Sequence record: NZ_CP118102.1
Length of the DNA: 64,000 nt
Direction: 5' to 3' (one strand)
Origin: a plasmid
This document shows positions 50,852-58,839 of the stretch, piece after piece (the first letter of the stretch is position 1; every line of letters starts with the position of its first letter). A model generated the notes under the pieces. It was not told where the DNA came from. It saw only the letters and a program-made list of their open reading frames with translations, and did not search any database. The position numbers were made by a program, and so were the translations under genes.

Positions 50852-52546
50852 ATGCCTGAAAGAAAATTTGCGTTTTTATCCGCAATAACTATATTTATTT
50901 TCCTATTAACAAATCTATTTATCTTCTATAACATAAGTAAAAAGACCTTTTTAAATCATATGTCAAGTGACACGATGGTCATTTCAGAATATATTTCTTC
51001 TGATATAGACAAATTTAGCAGCACTATTAAGATCTCCGATGCGCTATTATCGGATTCTTTACGAAATGCAGCTATAGCAATACGCAATAGTCTACCGATA
51101 AAGTATAAAGATGTTACAAATGATCAGTTGAAGGATTTAGCGAGTCGTTTAGAGGTCAGTGTGATTTCATTAATTGCACTAGTAAAGGGGGATTATACTG
51201 TTGTACTCTCTTCAGATGCATCCCGGATAGGTAAGAAGTTAAGTGATTGTGATACATGTGATACTGCGATGTCCGATCCCTATTGGTCTGTTAAGCCACC
51301 TGTGCAGTCTATTAATTCTGAGACTCATCATAAACATGGTTATTACTATGAAGGAGAAGCGGATTATATTATCAATCCTTATGTAGATAATGGATATTAT
51401 TTTTTAGTTAATCAAGAGATGGACGTAGATACATACGTAAATAACATTCTCCAAGACCATAAGGGGGAATTACTTGATATAACCGCGTTGTTTTGGATTG
51501 ATGTTATCGAACCTTCTGTAAATAGAGAGCTAACTATGACTTCCCCTCTTAGAGGAACTAATCCTACAGAGGAGGATATATTTTTAGGATCAAACTCATT
51601 TGCGAGTTCTAGGGATATAGATCACATGCAAAGAGCTGCATTAACGGGGGATTATACAACTTATGAAGACGTAATAAACGGCCAACGTGTCATAAAAACT
51701 TTCTACCCAGGTGTCGTTGATGGATATACGTTTATTATTAGCATCACAGGCAACATGGAAATATCGAATCCGGTATTGAACAGTCTTATTTCTAAGTACG
51801 GGATTCTTTTAACAAAAGTAACGATCATAAGTCTATTATTCGGGTGGGCTGTACTGAAGTTGTCTAAATATCCAGGTCGTTCTGTTACGAATGAGCATGA
51901 AAAAGCTGAGGGTAATATCGATCATTTGTGGGTCGAGGTGAAAGGTCAACGGCATGACTTAAACAATCATTTGGATACCCTGCATGGTCTTATTGAACTT
52001 GGATTTTATAATGAGGCAAAAGAATATATCAATGAGATAGTTGAAGAGACATCAACTATCAACGAGATAATTGATATTGGGCAGCCGGAAATTGCAGTGT
52101 TAATTCTATCTAAGATGTCTCAGGCAACTGCTAAGAATATCGATTTTCAGTTTGAAATTCTAAATAAAACTGAATCAAAATTAGTTCTTTTAGGAAGTAG
52201 GAAAATGGACGTAGTAAAAATCCTCGGAAACCTATTGGATAACGCATTTGAGGAGGTGATGAAGTTAAGTCCAGATCAAAGACTGGTTGTGCTTAATGGA
52301 GAAATACGTAACGATGTATTCCGATTTTTTATAAAAAACAAATTGAGCCAACACCTATCTCCTGCCATGATTAAGCAAATGTTCCTTCCAAGAAAGACTA
52401 CAAAAAACAGCACTGGAATTGGGCTAAGCATTGTTAATGAGAGGGTAAAACGTAACGAAGGAAGCATTATTTGTCAGCTTACGGAAGAAGGTTTTATCCA
52501 GTTTAATGTGTTGCTACCGACGGAACAGAGTAAACTAAGGGAATAG
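50852..52546 (+). CDS. membrane sensor histidine kinase (GHKL ATPase)
   Basis: Two TM segments flank a ~280-aa extracellular domain. H-box RHDLNNHLDTLHGL, N-box LLDNAFEE, G-box STGIGLSIV. Confidence 0.8.
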   Translation: MPERKFAFLSAITIFIFLLTNLFIFYNISKKTFLNHMSSDTMVISEYISSDIDKFSSTIKISDALLSDSLRNAAIAIRNSLPIKYKDVTNDQLKDLASRLEVSVISLIALVKGDYTVVLSSDASRIGKKLSDCDTCDTAMSDPYWSVKPPVQSINSETHHKHGYYYEGEADYIINPYVDNGYYFLVNQEMDVDTYVNNILQDHKGELLDITALFWIDVIEPSVNRELTMTSPLRGTNPTEEDIFLGSNSFASSRDIDHMQRAALTGDYTTYEDVINGQRVIKTFYPGVVDGYTFIISITGNMEISNPVLNSLISKYGILLTKVTIISLLFGWAVLKLSKYPGRSVTNEHEKAEGNIDHLWVEVKGQRHDLNNHLDTLHGLIELGFYNEAKEYINEIVEETSTINEIIDIGQPEIAVLILSKMSQATAKNIDFQFEILNKTESKLVLLGSRKMDVVKILGNLLDNAFEEVMKLSPDQRLVVLNGEIRNDVFRFFIKNKLSQHLSPAMIKQMFLPRKTTKNSTGIGLSIVNERVKRNEGSIICQLTEEGFIQFNVLLPTEQSKLRE

Positions 52547-52562
52547 AGTAAGAGGTGCAAAA

Positions 52563-53366
52563 ATGGAAACAAATTTTACAATTATTATAGCTGAAGATGG
52601 AGTTGTCCAACGAGGAAAATTAAAATTATATGTCGAGAAGATGGGACATACCGTCGTAGACATGGTAAGTTCGGGTTCACGTTTGATTGAAAGCTGCGCA
52701 ATATACCGACCGGACATTGTTCTCCTTGATATCGGACTCGAGAAGCTGGATGGATTATCCGCATTTCGTATACTTCGAGAAAGCGGGAATAACTCAAAAA
52801 TGATCTTTGTGACGGGTTCTGGGAATCCTACACATCTTTTAGCGAGCTATGATTTGGATAGCATTGATTACATCCTGAAACCCGTAACCTTTGAACGCCT
52901 AAAAAAGGCGATAGATAAAGCTGTTATACAGTTGAGTGCAGAGAACATCTTAAGTACAAGACAGAATGAGGATGTAAACATGATCACTGTTATGTCTAAC
53001 AGACGTGATCTACTAGTAAACGAGAAAAAGATACTTTTCGTCGAGAAGATTAACGATACAAAATGGATAAAGATTCATCTCAAAGATGGAGAAATCATTG
53101 AAACAAGAACACCTTTAAAAAAAATATTGGATCAGACATCGAGGATTATTTTTTGTCCACATCGGAGTTTTCTCGTAAACATGTTGTGTGTGGAGGAGGT
53201 AAGGGCAGATCCAGTCACTAAAGGAAACTATCTGATCTCATTGCAGAATTCTGTTGCCGTTATCTTACTTTCTAGAAACCACTATGAAGAATTCTTACAA
53301 CGACAATCTGAACTGAAGAATAGGATGAACATTGATGGCTGGTTAAGCTTGCAGGGAACCAATTGA
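52563..53366 (+). CDS. response regulator with a CheY-like receiver and a LytTR DNA-binding domain
   Basis: Receiver IVLLDIGLEKLDG. LytTR ILFVEKINDTKWIKIHLKDGEIIETRTPLKKIL. Confidence 0.8.
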   Translation: METNFTIIIAEDGVVQRGKLKLYVEKMGHTVVDMVSSGSRLIESCAIYRPDIVLLDIGLEKLDGLSAFRILRESGNNSKMIFVTGSGNPTHLLASYDLDSIDYILKPVTFERLKKAIDKAVIQLSAENILSTRQNEDVNMITVMSNRRDLLVNEKKILFVEKINDTKWIKIHLKDGEIIETRTPLKKILDQTSRIIFCPHRSFLVNMLCVEEVRADPVTKGNYLISLQNSVAVILLSRNHYEEFLQRQSELKNRMNIDGWLSLQGTN

Positions 53367-53562
53367 ATTAATATAATGATGGTATTACGATTTACCATTA
53401 TTTTTCATCACCGCTATCATTTCGGTAGGTGAGCGAGTAACCCAATTTAGGGAACATAAATATGAGGCATGAATTGCCGTGGAGAACAAAGACACGCCAG
53501 AGGTGTGTTTTTTTGTTTCTTCACGGCTTTTTTTGTGCTTAAAAACTGGGAGGAATTTAGAA

Positions 53563-54729
53563 ATGGCAAAAGCAGTGGAAGAACGTGTTACTACGGCAGT
53601 TAAGGCAGAGGGAGTATCGTTTACCGTTGATCATGAAGCGATTATGAACGTATTAACGACTTGTTCTAAGGTAGTGCCGAGAAGCAGCGTTGTTCCAATA
53701 CTGAAATGTATTAAGTTTGATTTAAACAAAGATGTTCTTTTCGTTACGGCAATGTCCGATTCCCAATCGGTTATTGTGAAACTGCAGGTAGAGAATACAG
53801 GAAATCAGGATGGGAGCTATCTATTTCCTTCAAGAGAAGGAATAGAACTTGTAAAACGTTTGCCAAGCGGTTCGCTATCGTTCAGTGTAAATGAGGCCTC
53901 TGTACGTATCTCGTACGGGAACAATGGTTCTGCATCGCTTAAGGTCTTGGATCCGGACGAGTATCCTCAGCTGCCGTCAGTGGCCGGAGTAAAGTTTGTG
54001 CCGGTTCCAATGGATGCCCTGCGAAAGGGTGCTGCAGCCCAGCGTTTTGCCTCAACTGATTCCAGTACTGCTATTCTCTGCGGTATTAATATCCGCAAAG
54101 TAGAGGATAAGCTTGGATTTACCGCGACGAATAGGCATCGGATATATGATTTCGTTTCTGACGTAAAGATACCAAATCCAGACGAGTTTCGTGGTGGAGT
54201 TATCGATGCTATAAATTTCAAAAGTATCGTAGATACTTTTAGAACCTCTGAAAGAATTGATTTTGCAGTGACGGATCATCATTTAATTTTAAGAGACCGT
54301 AGCAGCAATTCAGTGTACTTTGGTAGGCTAGTTGAGGGAAGTTATCCTGATATTGCGAAACTCTGTGAGATGCCTGAGCAGTCCTGTCTTGCAAGGATTC
54401 CGCTTGGGCGCCTCGACGAGACGTTGAACCGGATGTTATCGCTAGAATCCGAAAATCATCGTGTATATTTTTTACATGGAGATAACGGAGAGCTGGTTGT
54501 TAAATCGGAAAGCCACACAGGTGAGATTGTAGAGTCAATTGAAGGCTCCGTTGTAGATAAAAGTATGGGAATGATCAGGTTCAATGCTCGATATCTGAGG
54601 GATGCCCTTTCAGCCAGTGACCGGGATGTGAACGATGTTTTATTTAACATTACAGGTCAGAGTACTCCATCATATATTACGTATGATGGAGATCCATCGG
54701 TATTGAACGTTGTATTACCCGTGAGGTAA
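53563..54729 (+). CDS. DNA polymerase III beta sliding-clamp (DnaN) paralog
   Basis: Aligns by eye along its whole length with B. subtilis DnaN: LDPDEYPQLP versus LDADEYPHLP, ATNRHRIY versus ATDSHRLA, LVEGSYPDI versus LLDGNYPD, FNARYLRDAL versus FSPKYMLDAL, and the C-terminal VVLPVR versus LILPVRTY. Confidence 0.8.
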   Translation: MAKAVEERVTTAVKAEGVSFTVDHEAIMNVLTTCSKVVPRSSVVPILKCIKFDLNKDVLFVTAMSDSQSVIVKLQVENTGNQDGSYLFPSREGIELVKRLPSGSLSFSVNEASVRISYGNNGSASLKVLDPDEYPQLPSVAGVKFVPVPMDALRKGAAAQRFASTDSSTAILCGINIRKVEDKLGFTATNRHRIYDFVSDVKIPNPDEFRGGVIDAINFKSIVDTFRTSERIDFAVTDHHLILRDRSSNSVYFGRLVEGSYPDIAKLCEMPEQSCLARIPLGRLDETLNRMLSLESENHRVYFLHGDNGELVVKSESHTGEIVESIEGSVVDKSMGMIRFNARYLRDALSASDRDVNDVLFNITGQSTPSYITYDGDPSVLNVVLPVR

Positions 54730-54796
54730 TAAATATCAAGATAAAAGAGAGCTGCGCATGCGCGGCTCTTCTAATTTCTATTGGGGGTTAATAAAT

Positions 54797-55840
54797 ATGT
54801 CCGATAACATGAAGCGCATGTTTGATCGAATTATTAGAAACAAAATTCGTATGGGTAACTTTGAGACAACTGATCGAGATATGGACTGCGTACGAAAACT
54901 ATTACAATTTCCTGATCGGCCGTTCTCAGCTGCGGATTTTTGTGCAGGAAGTGGCCGTGCAATGGAGATTCTTACACAAGGTTCAAAGGCTGTAACGTTT
55001 GGTGTGGAACCTAATGAAGAGAAGTACCTGGAGCTCCGAGAGCGCGTACACCAAGCATGTTTTGGAGGCTATGAACAGTGCCGTATCTCTAAGGACTACT
55101 TCAGGCTCATATACTTAAATCCTCCCTATGATGATGATTCGGAATCAGAGGAGAGCAAGCGAGAGCGTAAAGAAAAGGTGTTCCTTCGGCACATCATTCA
55201 GTACTTGGCGGTTGACGGAATACTTATCTATAACATTCCGAGGCGACGTATGACTAAGGATATTGTCAATTTGCTAGTCACTAATCTGGATGAGATTAAT
55301 GTTTATCAATCTCATGACGATACATACGGTCAAGTATATGTTTTCGGTCGTAAACGATCTGTAAAGTTCATTGATCGACCGGAAGTACAAAGAATACTTG
55401 GATTAGTTGCTGAAGGAATTGTACTTAGTCGGTTACCTGAAGCAATAGATCCTATTTATAAAGTGCCGGCAGGGAACGTCACTCCAAAATACTTCAGATC
55501 GATAATCATGGACGTAGACCAGCTCAGGGTCGTTTCTTGCCATTCATCTTTGTCACGAAGAGGCATGGAATGGACGACACCTAAAGCACCTGCTTTGAAG
55601 CTGCAGCCGCTCCTTCCGGATAAAGAAATGCATAGGGTCCTAAGAATGGCCTCAGGCCGATTAAACGGAAAAGTTGGCAGCGGAGAACTTCTTCACGTTC
55701 TAAAAGGCATTGTGAAGAAGGATGCTACTACGGAAATTGAAAAAGTCGGGGATGAGACCATAGAGACGACAAGGGAAACCTTTAAGATTACCTTTCGTAT
55801 CGTGGACCGGTTTGGAAATATTCGAACGGTTCAGAGCTAA
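54797..55840 (+). CDS. N6-adenine DNA methyltransferase (small, with motif I before motif IV; gamma-like order)
   Basis: Motif I DFCAGSGRAMEIL. Motif IV LIYLNPPYDDD. A hairpin lies just upstream at 54748-54775. Confidence 0.65.
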   Translation: MSDNMKRMFDRIIRNKIRMGNFETTDRDMDCVRKLLQFPDRPFSAADFCAGSGRAMEILTQGSKAVTFGVEPNEEKYLELRERVHQACFGGYEQCRISKDYFRLIYLNPPYDDDSESEESKRERKEKVFLRHIIQYLAVDGILIYNIPRRRMTKDIVNLLVTNLDEINVYQSHDDTYGQVYVFGRKRSVKFIDRPEVQRILGLVAEGIVLSRLPEAIDPIYKVPAGNVTPKYFRSIIMDVDQLRVVSCHSSLSRRGMEWTTPKAPALKLQPLLPDKEMHRVLRMASGRLNGKVGSGELLHVLKGIVKKDATTEIEKVGDETIETTRETFKITFRIVDRFGNIRTVQS

Positions 55841-55874
55841 CATCTTAGAAAGCAAATGAGGGGGAATAGAGACC

Positions 55875-56516
55875 ATGAAATTTATGGAGTTTACTCATAA
55901 GGACATATATGTGAAGGTTCATTGCTCACTATTAGTGACAAAGTATGATTCAACTACTAAAAATAATTATCTCATTTATACGAATGTTATAGATATTGAT
56001 TCGCGTGTGCAGGCAGTTTTTGCTCAATTTCATCATGCCAAGAAAGCAGAAGATGTAACTTTTCGTTTCTATCATGCACCGCGTATTGGAGAGAAAGGGT
56101 ATGATCGATCCTCTTTTTATATTAAACCCTATGGAAAATACAAGCATCTCTCACAGCGCGAAGATGAGACGCTGGTTACCGGAATTGTTGCCAGTGAAAG
56201 AGTTTTATCGCGCCAGGACCAAGGTTATTGTATTTTTGCATGGGATGGCAATATACACGAAAGACTTTTCTGGGCAATCGATGCTTACTATGAGACGCCA
56301 ATGCTAGAAGAGTGGATCCCTTACTTATATCTTCGGCTATTCCAGGATGGTTATCTCGTTCAACTTGATGTATATGATTACACGGGAGACTATCAAAACC
56401 TGGTTGCTTTTGAGCTGCTCGCTGGAGAGGAAATATTGGATGAGTATATATCTTATGGACTCAGAACAGGGGCAATTCAACTGGTTGAGGATATAAATGG
56501 GGAGGCCGTTTCATGA
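55875..56516 (+). CDS. hypothetical protein (213 aa)
   Basis: The ORF sits between the MTase and the helicase; its stop overlaps the helicase start. Confidence 0.4.
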   Translation: MKFMEFTHKDIYVKVHCSLLVTKYDSTTKNNYLIYTNVIDIDSRVQAVFAQFHHAKKAEDVTFRFYHAPRIGEKGYDRSSFYIKPYGKYKHLSQREDETLVTGIVASERVLSRQDQGYCIFAWDGNIHERLFWAIDAYYETPMLEEWIPYLYLRLFQDGYLVQLDVYDYTGDYQNLVAFELLAGEEILDEYISYGLRTGAIQLVEDINGEAVS

Positions 56517-58777
56517 GTGAATCTTCAGAAATAAGCAATGTGGTGATTGAGGCAATTGACCCTGCTCTGGAAGAGAAAAAGGTTTCCTCTCTTTCCGATG
56601 TGGAATCTATTGGGGATTATTTAGGGTTATTTGGAGCAGACCTGATTAGACGTCTTAACGATGAATATGTACCAGTTCATCATCCAGGTCAAAATAAACC
56701 ACTCCAGTTGTTAGAGAACCTTAAGCGTCCATTATTTCAAGCACAAGCTCACGTCGTAACTGCATTAATTAAGGGGTTTCAGCGTCATCGTAATCTCTTA
56801 GTTATTGGTGAGCCTGGAACAGGGAAAACATCCGTCTCTATCTCAGTTTTTTATTCCCTAATCACAGAATTACTCCAGAAAAAATCTGGACGGGTTCTTT
56901 ATATGGTCCCAAATCATCTGATAAAGAAGACGAAGCGGGAATGGGGTATTCTGCTAGATAAGGATCTGTTTGAGGTTCACTTTCTATCAGACTATATTGA
57001 CGTTATCAAGCTCCGAGATAGCAGAAGATTGGAGACGAAACCTAAAAAAATTGAGGTTTACATCATTGCAAGGGATACTGCTAAACTAGGTTATATTTAC
57101 GAACCGGTTGCACATTGGTCGGACCGTACATATCAGCAGCAGTTTCAAAACAATGATGGGACAGTTCGAACTGTTGAAAAGGTTGCTTTTCGCGGATGGA
57201 GATGCCCCGATTGTGGTGGACAATTAATGAAAGAGAAAGAGGACAGTCTTGTACCGATGGAGTATGAGGACTTTTTTAATAAGCATGGAAAGCCTACGCG
57301 TAGAAAAACGAACTTGTACTGTTCTAATCAAGTACGCCTCTATAAAAATGTAGATCCCGACAAGGACGAGACCCGTATTTGTGGGTCAAGACTTTGGCAG
57401 GCGAAGAATTCGAAAAAATCATATATATCTGGTAAGCCGAAACCGGTTGCTGGGGTGGCGCCACGAAAAGTATCTCCTGCGGATTTGTTTAAGCGTTGGT
57501 TTAAAGGCAAATTTGACCTGGCCATCGGTGACGAATGCCATGAGTTAGCAGGAGGGAGCGCTCAAGCTCATGCTTTTCATGTATTTTTGAATTGTGCCAA
57601 ACGAGGGATCGCAATGACCGGAACTTTGTCCAATGGTTATGCTTCTTCCTTATTCGAATTGTTTTTCCGGATGTTTCCCTCTCGTCTGAAGCAGATGGGC
57701 TTTAATTGGGGAGACGTAGGAAAGTGGGTCGATTTGTACGGTGTACGGGAAAGGGTCACTAAAATACGTGATGACGGAGATTTGAACAGCTCTAGTAACG
57801 GGAAGTCGAAAAGGACAAGTGTTAAGGAGTTGCCGGCTGCCGCACCGCAGCTCTTCACGGACATACTCAGTGACGTTGCAGTTTTTATACAGATGGCTGA
57901 TATGTTCGAAGTCCTGCCGGAACTCAAAGAAGGACCGATGAGTGTTCCTCTTGAGGGTGAAAGAAGACTTATAAGCTGCAAAACCCAAATTGTTCGACGA
58001 CCAGGTAGAAAGAGAAAGATTGAAAAGAAAATGAGGTTACTTGCGCCGGATTGGTATCTCAGAAAAAATCTGACTGAAGTCGAAAATCGTCTGCGAGAAG
58101 CTGTGCAAAAAGAGCTCGCTGCAGGTGGCCAGTCGGTACTTCTAGGGAGCCTTGTGAATACACTTTTGAGTTATTCAGATGTCCCTTTCAATTTCGAAGG
58201 TGTCCTTCATCCGGATACAGGAGAATGCATAGTGTCGGATAGTTACCGGCTTAGTGAGCGCCTATTATATCCTAAGGAGCTTCAGATGATCAAGTTTGTC
58301 CGATCGCAGCTAAAGCTCGGGCGAAGGGTAGGCATTTATGCGACTTATACGGGGAAAATGGGTACTCTGCAGCGACTCTCTCAGTTACTTGAAGAAAGAG
58401 GGATAAAGACAGCCCTACTTGGAACAGAGGTAAAGGGACCAGATCGAGAAGAGTGGATTGCCGAAAGGGTAAGGGAAGGTGCTCAGGTAATACTGACGAA
58501 TCCAATCCTGGTCAGCACTGGCCTTGATTTATTGATGTTTCCTTCACTTTATTTCTATCAGACTGGGCACCGTCTGAATATTGTGCGGCAGGCATCAAGA
58601 CGGCATTGGCGGATAGGTCAGCCGAATAAATGTCTTACTGTTTACAACTCATATCAGGGGACAATGCAGGAGCTGGCCATTAATCTTATGGCAGCCAAAA
58701 TGAGCGCTGCCCAAGCCTTAGAAGGGGTACCGCCAACAAAACGCGGAAAACGTACGCTAAGCCCATTAATTGAGTAA
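56513..58777 (+). CDS. SF2 DExH/SNF2-like helicase with an inserted Cys4 zinc ribbon. Its native 3' end is replaced by a Tn3-family transposon end.
   Basis: Walker A GEPGTGKTS. Motif II AIGDECHELAG. Motif V VSTGLDL. Motif VI QASRRHWRIGQ. Zinc ribbon WRCPDCGG...YCSNQ...ICGS. The last 16 codons read through a 38-bp Tn3-type IR. Confidence 0.75.
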   Translation: MSESSEISNVVIEAIDPALEEKKVSSLSDVESIGDYLGLFGADLIRRLNDEYVPVHHPGQNKPLQLLENLKRPLFQAQAHVVTALIKGFQRHRNLLVIGEPGTGKTSVSISVFYSLITELLQKKSGRVLYMVPNHLIKKTKREWGILLDKDLFEVHFLSDYIDVIKLRDSRRLETKPKKIEVYIIARDTAKLGYIYEPVAHWSDRTYQQQFQNNDGTVRTVEKVAFRGWRCPDCGGQLMKEKEDSLVPMEYEDFFNKHGKPTRRKTNLYCSNQVRLYKNVDPDKDETRICGSRLWQAKNSKKSYISGKPKPVAGVAPRKVSPADLFKRWFKGKFDLAIGDECHELAGGSAQAHAFHVFLNCAKRGIAMTGTLSNGYASSLFELFFRMFPSRLKQMGFNWGDVGKWVDLYGVRERVTKIRDDGDLNSSSNGKSKRTSVKELPAAAPQLFTDILSDVAVFIQMADMFEVLPELKEGPMSVPLEGERRLISCKTQIVRRPGRKRKIEKKMRLLAPDWYLRKNLTEVENRLREAVQKELAAGGQSVLLGSLVNTLLSYSDVPFNFEGVLHPDTGECIVSDSYRLSERLLYPKELQMIKFVRSQLKLGRRVGIYATYTGKMGTLQRLSQLLEERGIKTALLGTEVKGPDREEWIAERVREGAQVILTNPILVSTGLDLLMFPSLYFYQTGHRLNIVRQASRRHWRIGQPNKCLTVYNSYQGTMQELAINLMAAKMSAAQALEGVPPTKRGKRTLSPLIE
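58724..58761 (+). mobile_element. 38-bp Tn3-family terminal inverted repeat (outer GGGG to inner TAAG), the left end of the downstream transposon
   Basis: GGGGTACCGCCAACAAAACGCGGAAAACGTACGCTAAG. Its length, the GGGG start and the ACGCTAAG end match Tn21/Tn1546-group IRs. Confidence 0.6.
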
Positions 58778-58839
58778 TAAGCCGGTTTTCCCCGTACGCT
58801 AAAGGGGTACCGGCTCCGAAATTCGCAACGTGTTAATTG

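Noticed and set aside
53479-53562. ORF-track start MENKDTPEVCFF... for the clamp gene
   Set aside because: - No RBS at that position.
- The sequence is a terminator-like region.
- An ATG at 53563 has a GGGAGG RBS, and the DnaN alignment begins there.
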